Source: Ignisphaera sp. (GTDB taxonomy: Archaea > Thermoproteota > Thermoprotei_A > Sulfolobales > Ignisphaeraceae). From it: a stretch of DNA of 64,000 nt. A program made the position numbers and the translations under genes. Below, piece by piece: positions 11,224 through 20,311 of the stretch (positions are counted from its first letter, which is position 1; the number at the start of each line of letters is the position of its first letter). The notes under the pieces are model-generated. The model made no database searches. It was given only the letters and a program-made list of their open reading frames with translations, and had not been told where the DNA came from. The stretch spans positions 311,764-375,763 of the forward strand of contig JAWAHS010000001.1 in assembly GCA_038889075.1 (NCBI GenBank), given 5' to 3'.

Positions 11224-12624
11224 GTGTACATATTGAATAGAGCTAGTGACAGTCTCATCAATGTGTATAGAGATAAAATATTACACGGCCCGATATATCG
11301 GGTTCTAATCTGGCTTGGGCTACCTGTAGTTTTGGTTCAACTTGTCAATATATCCTACAATATTGCTGATGCATTCTGGCTCTCACAATACTCAACAGTT
11401 ACTTTAGCGGTACCAAGGCAGGTTTGGCCAACGTTTATGGTTTTTCAAGCGCTAGCCATAGCCTTAGGTGCAGCAAATCAAAGCCTTATTTCACAGTATA
11501 TTGGTGCAAAAATGTATAATGAGGCAGCTAGGGTCATCAAACAATACATTACCGTTTCAACATCGTTCGGCATTATTTTTGGCACATCCTACTACCTGCT
11601 TAGGCCCCTACTATTTTCATCTATAATGACTGTACCGCAGGAAATCTATAATGATGTGCTGAGCTACTCCAGTGTAATTACAATAGATCTTACAACAAGT
11701 TACTTTGGACTGTGTTTTACTACGATTCTTCAAAGTATTGGCGATACCAGGAGGCCTGCCATAATTAATGGCATATCAGCCTTAGTTAACATTATTTTAG
11801 ATCCCTTTATGATACTGGGTATAGGACCTTTTCCTAGAATGGGTGTAATGGGTGCCGCAATAGCAACCGTTGTAGCACGTATATCTGGAGGTGCAATTCT
11901 TGTTTACATGACCATCAAAAGGTTTTCGTTTTTAGGAATGCCGTTTACTAGTAGCATAGATGTATTCTGGATTAAATCGATGATCCGCATAGGTCTTCCA
12001 ATTCTAATAATGAATGTACTTAACAGTACAGCATTCATGTTCCAACTCAGACTCATTAATACTTTTGGTATTGCTGCCTCTACTGCCTGGGGTATAGGAT
12101 TCACTGTTATAGATCTGGCTGACGCTGTAATGTGGGGATTAACACAGGCTACAGCCATTGCCATAGGACAGTGTCTTGGAGCCCAGGAAATCTCCAGAGC
12201 TAAATTAGTTGCAAAAGCTTCAAACATAATCATAGGTTTAAGCCTTATGATTGGAAGCATACTAACATATATAGTTAGGAGAAATATCGTATCTCTATTC
12301 CTATCCAATGACGATCCACTTTCGTTAGCTATATACATTGAAACTGAGAAATTCCTTCTATGGGCACTCGGAACATTACCATTCTTTGGATTGTTCTTTG
12401 TCGGTATGTCCGTTGGAAGGGGATCCGGCCATACACTCTATCCAACCATAATAGGTATTGTACGACTCTGGATTATAAGAATAGGCCTTGGATATATACT
12501 TTCCTCCTACTTAGGATCGAGTGGAGTATGGATAGCATTTGGTCTAAGTAACATATTCTCAGGTGTAGCCTCCCTTATATGGGTCAATGGTGGAAAATGG
12601 GCAAAACCGATTATAAAAAGATAG
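11224..12624 (+). CDS. MATE family efflux transporter
   Basis: 12 TM helices; GDTRRP, NIILDP and MGVMGAAIAT motifs. Confidence 0.9.
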   Translation: MYILNRASDSLINVYRDKILHGPIYRVLIWLGLPVVLVQLVNISYNIADAFWLSQYSTVTLAVPRQVWPTFMVFQALAIALGAANQSLISQYIGAKMYNEAARVIKQYITVSTSFGIIFGTSYYLLRPLLFSSIMTVPQEIYNDVLSYSSVITIDLTTSYFGLCFTTILQSIGDTRRPAIINGISALVNIILDPFMILGIGPFPRMGVMGAAIATVVARISGGAILVYMTIKRFSFLGMPFTSSIDVFWIKSMIRIGLPILIMNVLNSTAFMFQLRLINTFGIAASTAWGIGFTVIDLADAVMWGLTQATAIAIGQCLGAQEISRAKLVAKASNIIIGLSLMIGSILTYIVRRNIVSLFLSNDDPLSLAIYIETEKFLLWALGTLPFFGLFFVGMSVGRGSGHTLYPTIIGIVRLWIIRIGLGYILSSYLGSSGVWIAFGLSNIFSGVASLIWVNGGKWAKPIIKR

Positions 12625-12726
12625 TGATACCTCTAACTTGAACAAAATGGTAGTGTCGAAAGTTGAATGGAGTCCCTCCTAAGAATGGAGTAGATTAAAA
12701 TTCCTGCAATACTGCTTATAAACTGA

Positions 12727-13578
12727 TTGTTATGCTATTCTGATACCCTGGTGCAGGGTTTGTCATCATATGATGCATGGATATTAACATTGGGTACAGA
12801 GGTTGTTCAAGGGAGAGTTATAAATACAAATGCATCATACCTTGGCAGAAGACTTACACTACTCGGTTTTAGAGTTGTCGGAAATGTGTCACTAATAGAT
12901 GATGTTAATATCATTGCTAAATACATAACGATAATTTTAGATGAGAAACCTAGTGTTATAGTAACAACGGGAGGTCTCGGTCCTACATATGACGACAGAA
13001 CATTAGAGGCTATAGCTAAAGCATTGAATAAAGAGCTCGTTTTAAACAGCGATGCCTTCAATATGGTTAAGAAAAAGTATGAGACTAGAAATCTACCCTT
13101 AACTGAGGAGAGAATTAAAATGGCCTACCTACCTAACGGTGGTATTGCTATACCAAATCCTATAGGTACTGCACCTGGATGTTGGCTTGAGATAGGAAAT
13201 TCCATTATAGTTTCACTACCAGGTGTACCTCAGGAAATGGAGGCAATGTGGGAATCGTGGGTTGAACCAAGAATTAGATTAATCGGTCCTCCAGTACGTG
13301 TGGCTGAAATCCTACTAAAGATTATAGGTGTTCCTGAATCGTCTCTCGCACCAATAATAAAGAATGTACTTAAGCAAAGCCCATCTGAAGTCTACATAAA
13401 ATCGCATCCAAAAGGCGAAGAACTAGGAAAACCTGTAATAGAACTTTATATAATGTCTTCGAATAGAGATAGAGAAAGAGCTGTAGAAATTGCTGAAAAT
13501 ATAGCTAATAGAATATTAGATAGTATAAGAAAGGGATTTGAGGCCTCAATAGAAATCCTGTATAGAAATATAACATAG
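12727..13578 (+). CDS. CinA-like molybdopterin-binding-fold protein (no PncC domain)
   Basis: GTEVVQGRVINTN, TGGLGPTYDDRT, GTAPG and LPGVPQEM motifs. Confidence 0.85.
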   Translation: MLCYSDTLVQGLSSYDAWILTLGTEVVQGRVINTNASYLGRRLTLLGFRVVGNVSLIDDVNIIAKYITIILDEKPSVIVTTGGLGPTYDDRTLEAIAKALNKELVLNSDAFNMVKKKYETRNLPLTEERIKMAYLPNGGIAIPNPIGTAPGCWLEIGNSIIVSLPGVPQEMEAMWESWVEPRIRLIGPPVRVAEILLKIIGVPESSLAPIIKNVLKQSPSEVYIKSHPKGEELGKPVIELYIMSSNRDRERAVEIAENIANRILDSIRKGFEASIEILYRNIT

Positions 13579-13887
13579 CAATCCAACTGATGCCTCAAAA
13601 TTTGATGGTGAAGAACCATTAAGTTAGCAAATCCCAGAGATATATCACTAAAGTTCTACATGTTATTGGAAAATTATGAGCTACGCATAGTTGTTCTCTA
13701 AATATAGGCTAGAAAAGTTATGCTTAGACCTTCTGCACGGATTAGGGATTAATATGAGGATAGGAAAATCCGTCAATGGAGCTATACAGAAATGTGTACA
13801 CTACACCTTCACCTTTAGGATACTATTGTTATAAACCATAGCAAAATTTTTATAGTCTATCATTACATTTATTAATAGGGTAAGATA

Positions 13888-14427
13888 ATGGAGCCGCAAA
13901 AATATACTGAATTGTATATAGAATTCCTCAGAACTAGAAGAAGCATTAGAAGATATAGAGAAGAGCCTGTCCCGATGGATTTAATATACAAAATCCTTGA
14001 TACTGCTAGATACGCTCCTAGTGCAAGGAATACGCAGCCATGGGAATTTATAGTAGTTACAGACAAAGAAGTTAAGGATAGACTCGCAGGAGTTTATTCC
14101 TGGCCTCAGCCAATAAGAGGAGCTCCTGTAGGAGTAGTAGTCGTATGCGACTCTAAATTATCGCCGTATACATATCAACAGGACTGTGCAAATGTAATAA
14201 ACTATATAATGCTTGCGGCACATGCATATGGACTTGGAACGGTATGGCAAGGTCTATTGAAAGATGAAGAGAAGTTGCAAGTTCAGCAGATTCTAAATAT
14301 ACCACGTGAAAAGATACCAATAGCAATAATAGCCCTAGGTTGGCCAGCTGAAAAACCTGAAGCAAGACCAAGGAAACCGCTAGAGGAGATTACATACATT
14401 AATCTATATGGTAATAAACTGAAGTAG
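13888..14427 (+). CDS. Nitroreductase family protein
   Basis: RRSIRRY, APSARNTQPWEF and MLAAHAYGLGTVW motifs. Confidence 0.92.
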   Translation: MEPQKYTELYIEFLRTRRSIRRYREEPVPMDLIYKILDTARYAPSARNTQPWEFIVVTDKEVKDRLAGVYSWPQPIRGAPVGVVVVCDSKLSPYTYQQDCANVINYIMLAAHAYGLGTVWQGLLKDEEKLQVQQILNIPREKIPIAIIALGWPAEKPEARPRKPLEEITYINLYGNKLK

Positions 14428-14688
14428 TGATTTTAACCAATATAATCTGACATATTTTTATTATACTTATCGCATCTGTATACTTCTAATATTTAGTAGG
14501 AGTTTTCGGATTGTTTATAGAAATGCTTGTGGTTAAATAGTAATTGGAAGTAATTGGATGTTAATTTTACATTTTAAAGAATATGGAATTCTTTTGTAGA
14601 TGGTTCTTATTGATTTGAAAAATTTTATATCTCTGGAGACCCAAAGTATAATGAACTCGTTAATGAGCAGTTACGTTACGGTAAGAAC

Positions 14689-14970
14689 ATGAAAACTGTT
14701 AAAATAATTGTAAGGGGCGTACTCAGAGGTACAGGTTTTAAGGCTCATATATACTTGCTTGCTAAGAAACTTAGATTAAGAGGCTATATAGTAGATGAAG
14801 ATGAAGATAGAGAGCTCATATGCATTGAAGGTGAGGAAGCTCAAGTTGATGAATTTTTAAAAAATATCGACAGGGGACCTCCATTTACATTGATCAACAG
14901 CATAATTGTTTTAGAGGCTAAGGAATCTTGCAATACTCCAACATTTGAAGCGTACTATAGGGAGTTCTAG
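14689..14970 (+). CDS. Acylphosphatase-like protein with substituted catalytic residues
   Basis: VRGVLRGTGFK ~ GRVQGVGFR; LRGYI, EGEEAQVDEF and GPP motifs. Confidence 0.7.
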   Translation: MKTVKIIVRGVLRGTGFKAHIYLLAKKLRLRGYIVDEDEDRELICIEGEEAQVDEFLKNIDRGPPFTLINSIIVLEAKESCNTPTFEAYYREF

Positions 14971-15211
14971 ATGCTATCGAATTAAATTTAAATTAATTTT
15001 CTAGCTATAATCTGCGCTATAAGATCTACTTTTCCTTCCTACTTCTATAAGAGGTTTAAAATTGATCTCTATAGAATAAGATCTTCAGGATCTATGCCTA
15101 GTAAAATTCATCATAGCAACTCATCTAATATATCCTAGTAGAGAATTTCTTTGTGTACGGACTATAGCTGAAGGAAGGCTTCTCTATATCCTCAAGCCAA
15201 ATCTTGTGACT

Positions 15212-15490
15212 CTATTTTTTTCTCGCTACCCTTTTTCTACCTCTACCTCTTATCGTGGATGTTGAAACTTTTGGCTGTAAAATTAAACTGTTATAGAGGT
15301 TGTCCAACATTTTCTTAGCTTCTTCAATATTTATTTCATTACTTACTAGTTTATCCCAAATCTCACCACGAGTTAGAAAAAACTCCAATTCCAATGGACT
15401 TAGCTCTATAAGTTCTATTTCCTCAACCTCTTCCTCAGCTTGCGGTTCACTTGGAATCTCCTCTGCTATTGTATGTTCCTCTTCATACAT
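15212..15490 (-). CDS. rpo13: RNA polymerase subunit Rpo13
   Basis: Acidic N-terminus, core EIWDKLVSNEINIEEAKKML resembling Sulfolobus Rpo13, basic C-terminal tail. Confidence 0.75.
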   Translation of the reverse strand: MYEEEHTIAEEIPSEPQAEEEVEEIELIELSPLELEFFLTRGEIWDKLVSNEINIEEAKKMLDNLYNSLILQPKVSTSTIRGRGRKRVARKK

Positions 15491-15682
15491 ATAGTATGCA
15501 CCACATAAATATTAAATGATAGTGATGTCATATAGTAACTTTCAACAGGCCCTTTAAAGTTTTATGAAGTTTGGATTTTAAACAGCTTTGTACCTTAACA
15601 ACAAGTAGTGATTATACTATTTAAGCTTTAATTTCAAAATATTTAGTAACTTAGATTAAAGTGATTCGCTGAGGTATGGATC

Positions 15683-15778
15683 ATGGGTGGCAAACAGAGA
15701 ACTAGTCTATTCATTGTAAAAAATGTTCAAGGGGAAGAGAGGGAAAAAGCTAAAAAGCAGAAACAGAGCAGTAAGTAA
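15683..15778 (+). CDS. Small basic ORF (31 aa, MGGKQRTSLFIVKNVQGEEREKAKKQKQSSK) upstream of rpl3
   Basis: GAGGT (15671-15675) ends 7 nt before the ATG; below the ORF-track length cutoff. Confidence 0.45.
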   Translation: MGGKQRTSLFIVKNVQGEEREKAKKQKQSSK

Positions 15779-15844
15779 TCTACATAGTATAGAGCGTCTA
15801 TAAGCGAATGTTATGTCTAAAAATGTAGCTGAAGGTAGAAAAAC

Positions 15845-16870
15845 ATGGCTCATAGAAAAACGAGTGCACCTAAACGTGGTAGCCTTGGTGTAAGACCTAG
15901 GAAACGTGCTAGCGAATTCATACCTACTATTAAAAGCTGGCCTAATATCAACGTTAATAATCCGCTACTTCTAGGCTTCTTAGGATACAAGGTCGGTATG
16001 ACACATGTAATTGTGATAGATGATAGACCAGGGTCACCTACCGAGGGGAGAGAAATATTTATACCTGTTACAATAGTAGAGGTACCTCCTATGATACCCA
16101 TAGCTCTAAGAGTATATGGTGCAAATGGTTATGGAGGTTTGCGTGTTATGCAAGATGTGTGGATTGAACCTCCTGAAGAGCTCGAAATATGGCGTCGTAT
16201 CTCCACATACAGGCCTACTAGTAACATAGATGATAGAATTGATATTATTAAAAATAACATTGGGTCGATAAAACGAGTGAGCTTAGTATTAGCATCAAAT
16301 GTCAAAAATGCAGGGGGCTTAGACAAGAAAACTCCAGATATAGTTGAGATATGTGTAGGTGGTGGAAATATGGATGAACGGGTTAATTATGCTATCAATT
16401 TATTGGGTAAGCATGTAACTGTGGATCAAGTATTCCAGGCTGGACAGTTCGTAGATGTTATAAGTATAACTAAAGGTAAAGGATTCCAAGGAGTTGTAAA
16501 GAGATTTGGTGTTAAAGAGCTACCCAGATGGCACAAGCATAGGAAAGGAAGCAGAAGAATTGGTAGTAGAAGCCCAACAGTTGGAGCTCTATCTGAAGTA
16601 CCCCAACCGGGTCAGATGGGATTCCATAGAAGGACCGAATATAATAAGAGGATAGTAATGATTGGTGAAGATGGCTACACAATTACTCCAGCTGGAGGCT
16701 TTCCACACTACGGTGTTGTTAAATCCAGATGGCTTATGCTATGGGGAAGTATACCGGGAGTTCCCAAGCGTCCAATTGTTTTAAGATGGCCTATAAGACC
16801 CCCTACATGGAGGCCTAAAGCAGCACCACAAGTAATTTACATTAGTTTAGGAGGCAAAACTGCGGGGTAG
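15845..16870 (+). CDS. rpl3: 50S ribosomal protein L3
   Basis: GSLGVRPRKRA, GYKVGMTH, KGKGFQGVVKRFG and GQMGFH motifs. Confidence 0.97.
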   Translation: MAHRKTSAPKRGSLGVRPRKRASEFIPTIKSWPNINVNNPLLLGFLGYKVGMTHVIVIDDRPGSPTEGREIFIPVTIVEVPPMIPIALRVYGANGYGGLRVMQDVWIEPPEELEIWRRISTYRPTSNIDDRIDIIKNNIGSIKRVSLVLASNVKNAGGLDKKTPDIVEICVGGGNMDERVNYAINLLGKHVTVDQVFQAGQFVDVISITKGKGFQGVVKRFGVKELPRWHKHRKGSRRIGSRSPTVGALSEVPQPGQMGFHRRTEYNKRIVMIGEDGYTITPAGGFPHYGVVKSRWLMLWGSIPGVPKRPIVLRWPIRPPTWRPKAAPQVIYISLGGKTAG

Positions 16871-16874
16871 GTTT

Positions 16875-17693
16875 ATGAAAGAGGGATATTTATTGATGTA
16901 TCCTATTGCAAAACGTCAGGCATCGCTATTCGACTTAAATGGCGATTTTATAGAGTTTATAGAGCTACCTCTAATCTTTAGCTATCCCGTGAGAATTGAT
17001 ATAATAAGAAGGGCAGTTCATTCAGCGTTTACTGCAAAAATACAGATAAAGGCTAGGGATCCTTTGGCTGGCAAGAGGAGAGTTGGTGAATCGTGGGGAA
17101 TAGGATATAGCGTTGCTAGAGTACCTAGATTAAGCAATGGAAGAGCCGTGCTAGCACCTAATGTTGTTGGTGGAAGAAGACAATTTGCACCAACCGTATT
17201 TGAAAGGATACATGAAGAGATAAATAGAAAGGAAATGAGGTTGGCTATAATATCGGCCCTGGCAGCCCTTGCAGATAGGGGCTTTGTCTTAAAACGTGGC
17301 TATATATTGCCAGATAAAATAAGGACTGTTCCAATAGTCGTAGTTGATGATTTTGAAAATCTCGCCACAACAAAGCAAGTAAAAGAATACCTTAAAAAAT
17401 TAGAACTTTGGAATAACATTGTAAGGGCTCAGAAAAGAATAAGAATAAGAGCAGGTAAAGGTAAGATGAGGGGTCGGAGATATATAACACCTAAAAGTCT
17501 TCTTTTCATAATTTCATCAGCTAAAAGCCCAGTAACACGAGCTATACGTAACCTGCCAGGGGCAGATTACCTTACACCTGATAATCTGAATATACTTAAA
17601 CTAGCGCCTGGAGGACTACCAGGAAGATTAGCTATAATCTCTCAAAAAGCATTAAAGCTTATAGAGAGAAGATATGTGGTTGAAAAACCATGA
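16875..17693 (+). CDS. rpl4: 50S ribosomal protein L4
   Basis: ESWGIG, ARVPR, RAGKGKMRGRRY and LAPGG motifs. Confidence 0.96.
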   Translation: MKEGYLLMYPIAKRQASLFDLNGDFIEFIELPLIFSYPVRIDIIRRAVHSAFTAKIQIKARDPLAGKRRVGESWGIGYSVARVPRLSNGRAVLAPNVVGGRRQFAPTVFERIHEEINRKEMRLAIISALAALADRGFVLKRGYILPDKIRTVPIVVVDDFENLATTKQVKEYLKKLELWNNIVRAQKRIRIRAGKGKMRGRRYITPKSLLFIISSAKSPVTRAIRNLPGADYLTPDNLNILKLAPGGLPGRLAIISQKALKLIERRYVVEKP

Positions 17694-17965
17694 GTAATGA
17701 AAACAGATCTGCAGCAACCAATACAATAATAAGCATTGTTACAACTGAAAAAGCGTATATTCTTGCAGAAAAGTATAACTATCTCACAGTAAAAACCTAT
17801 AGAAACCTCAATAAAAAGCAGCTAAAAGATTTTATAGAAAGATCATATAATGTAAAGGTAGTTAAAGTAAATACTCTCATTGATAGGGATGGTTATAAAA
17901 AAGCTTACGTAAAGCTAGCACCTGAGAATCGAGCCCTAGATATCATTGAGAGAGCATCGAGGTGA
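17690..17965 (+). CDS. rpl23: 50S ribosomal protein L23
   Basis: TTEKA, VKVVKVNTL and KKAYVKL motifs; follows L4. Confidence 0.95.
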   Translation: MSNENRSAATNTIISIVTTEKAYILAEKYNYLTVKTYRNLNKKQLKDFIERSYNVKVVKVNTLIDRDGYKKAYVKLAPENRALDIIERASR

Positions 17966-17996
17966 CAATGATACTGTAATCTCCTAAAAGAAGTAG

Positions 17997-18047
17997 ATGA
18001 TGTTTCTGCCGAGTACTGAATAAATGATGAAAGGATTCCCTAACTGA
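17997..18047 (+). ncRNA. Box C/D methylation-guide sRNA
   Basis: C ATGATGT, 12-nt guide, D' CTGA (18016-19), C' ATGATGA (18024-30), 13-nt guide, D CTGA (18044-47). Confidence 0.8.
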
Positions 18048-18055
18048 AAACTCAT

Positions 18056-18352
18056 ATGGTTTGTGAAATGCCGGATAAGAATTCAAGGACGCAATACATT
18101 AATGTATTCCTATTATGCGCTGATGCTAGTATAATTAAGGCATTAAGTGATGCTATAAACAAATTATGTATGGACAATACGTGTACATATAGTATTATAC
18201 AGAGCAAGGTTGTGGATAAATTTTTCTATATAAAGGTACAACCATTAGCTATGGAAGATCTTGAAAATATAAGAAAATCGCTATCGTTACTCATGAACGA
18301 GCATAAAGATTCTGTGTCTTGGTATAAAATTGAAGTAGTAGAAATTAGATAA
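18056..18352 (+). CDS. Hypothetical protein
   Basis: 98-aa ORF with alternating beta/alpha pattern. Confidence 0.5.
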   Translation: MVCEMPDKNSRTQYINVFLLCADASIIKALSDAINKLCMDNTCTYSIIQSKVVDKFFYIKVQPLAMEDLENIRKSLSLLMNEHKDSVSWYKIEVVEIR

Positions 18353-18385
18353 ATAAGAATAAGAAATTTTAATTCGTATACACAT

Positions 18386-18562
18386 TTACTGTGATTCATT
18401 TCCATCAATGACTACGAAAACCAGAGATAGTATTACCACTCCAATTAATAGAGGAATGTGAATATACAATTCCTCACCACTTATGTTGAAAAGCATTGAT
18501 AAAAATAGTAACAGTATAATTATGTTAAACACGATTATTCTTCTTCTTAGATCTTCGAGCAT
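18386..18562 (-). CDS. Small 2-TM protein, CedA2-like by position and size
   Basis: ATG overlaps the cedA stop (TGATG); 58 aa with two hydrophobic helices. Confidence 0.5.
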   Translation of the reverse strand: MLEDLRRRIIVFNIIILLLFLSMLFNISGEELYIHIPLLIGVVILSLVFVVIDGNESQ

Positions 18563-19965
18563 CAGAGAAGCACCCGAATTTTGCCTGAAGCCCCAATAAG
18601 TCTTGATAATCCCCAACTAATTGATGTAAGTAGCGATAAGAACATCAATGATGCAATTAGATCGATGTACGCTATTCTAGCAATTTCATTTAACATGTCT
18701 GCAAAGAAAGCATTATCTACAGAAAACATCTGCTGAATAGTAGCATATGAATATGCTTCGCTAGGCTCTACGAATAATCTGTCATTTAATCTCATCTTAA
18801 TTTCAATAATGTGCGATCCTTGTGGTATGTTTATAATGTAGGTACTTCCCATTAGATCATACCAATACCACTGATATGAAGTGAAACCATCCATAGAGGC
18901 ACTGGTAGCATTATCTATGGTAACCTCTATGATGCTATATGCATCAACAATGGATATAAATAATTCTGAATCGAATTGCGAATCTATAGTCAACTTTATA
19001 TATTCCCCTGTAAAGATTGCGAGTGAAACATTGCTTACCTTAGGCAATATGTGAAGTGCTATTCCATTGCTATACATTATTAGACCTTTTACCTGTATAT
19101 CAATCCTACACAAATCTAGATAAAATTCTCTATCAATGTTTTGAAAACACACATCGTGTAAGTTAATGTTACTTATATTTGTATAGAATTGATGACCAAC
19201 TACATCGAAGTATATAGTTGTAGGTGAGGAAAGCATCTTAGAATTGGTTGTAAAAAAAATGTAGTTACTAGAATATAGCGGTACTGGACCTATATAAGAA
19301 TCCTTTATCTCAATACCTATGTATCCATCACTAATTGGCTGTCCAAATTCATTTATTATAGAACCATAGATTATGGGTGTTTCTAGTGGTGTTGACGGGG
19401 AATAGAGCAATATTCGATAGAAGCTAGGATATAGAGGAAGTGCAATATAGAATACTAGAGCAAAGGAAAATATGAATGCACCAGCATTTCTAGCTATCCT
19501 AAATGGTATAGCCATTAAAAATATCCCCAGTGATGATAGTAGCCATATACCTCTGTAAACCACTGTAGCAATGGAATATAGCAACATATTAGAATACAAT
19601 GAAGTGAGAATGGGATTTGTTATCAATGTTATGAGTCTATTTATGCCTGGCAGAAATTTAGAAAAAATGTTACTGAATATGCTAAATAGGAAAACTATCA
19701 CAGTTCTAAATGCTATTACCGACTTTATCTGCAATAGAAAAGCTTCCCAGCTACCACCAGCTAAAGCTCTGAGGTATTCAGCAACATTTACTATTGTATT
19801 CAATGAAAGGGTTAAAATGGCTATAAAGAATGCATCAGTTATTAATTTTGGCCCCCATTTCTTTAAACCAGTAAGTGGTATTGGCAACGCATATATGAGT
19901 ACCCCCAGATAGAATGTAAGTATCGATAGATAATAGGCTATGAGTAGTAGGTGCATTTCTACCAT
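18562..19965 (-). CDS. cedA: Crenarchaeal DNA-import membrane protein CedA (VirB6-like), long form
   Basis: LTFYLGVLIYALPIP..GLKKWGPKLITDA and PFRIARNAGA..F..VFYIALP motifs; adjacent to cedA1. Confidence 0.8.
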   Translation of the reverse strand: MVEMHLLLIAYYLSILTFYLGVLIYALPIPLTGLKKWGPKLITDAFFIAILTLSLNTIVNVAEYLRALAGGSWEAFLLQIKSVIAFRTVIVFLFSIFSNIFSKFLPGINRLITLITNPILTSLYSNMLLYSIATVVYRGIWLLSSLGIFLMAIPFRIARNAGAFIFSFALVFYIALPLYPSFYRILLYSPSTPLETPIIYGSIINEFGQPISDGYIGIEIKDSYIGPVPLYSSNYIFFTTNSKMLSSPTTIYFDVVGHQFYTNISNINLHDVCFQNIDREFYLDLCRIDIQVKGLIMYSNGIALHILPKVSNVSLAIFTGEYIKLTIDSQFDSELFISIVDAYSIIEVTIDNATSASMDGFTSYQWYWYDLMGSTYIINIPQGSHIIEIKMRLNDRLFVEPSEAYSYATIQQMFSVDNAFFADMLNEIARIAYIDLIASLMFLSLLTSISWGLSRLIGASGKIRVLL

Positions 19966-19980
19966 CGAAGCACTATATTT

Positions 19981-20253
19981 CTATGATATTTGCGGCATAG
20001 GTGGTTGCGGATATGCATTGCCTAAAAACGATGAGATGTACGTTATTAGCCAGAATACTGAAGTTCCTATAGCTACCCAAAATGCACCCCATATAGCATC
20101 TTCAATAAGTCCTTGACCTATCCTCCGAGTTTTCCCCATCGGTATTGGAGACCCCTTAATAGCCCAGCCTATAATCCATGTTAATAAAAAGAGGAGCCAA
20201 GACACCATAACAGTTTTATTTATAAGATCTTTTATTAAATTTATGATATCCAT
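19981..20253 (-). CDS. cedA1: CedA1 pilin (VirB2-like) of the Ced DNA-import system
   Basis: W.LFLLTW.IGWAIKGSPIP...RIGQGLIEDAIWGAFW.AIGT signature. Confidence 0.85.
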   Translation of the reverse strand: MDIINLIKDLINKTVMVSWLLFLLTWIIGWAIKGSPIPMGKTRRIGQGLIEDAIWGAFWVAIGTSVFWLITYISSFLGNAYPQPPMPQIS

Positions 20254-20311
20254 AGATAGCACCCATAGTAAAACTGAATTAATAAAACGTTAAATGGCTA
20301 TATCTATATGA

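Noticed and set aside
13588-13640. Box-like motifs after the cinA-like gene
   Set aside because: All boxes are degenerate and the spacing is irregular.
15085-15114. Minus-strand ATGATGA...CTGA
   Set aside because: Only one box pair with a 19-nt spacer; the region looks more like eroded coding sequence.
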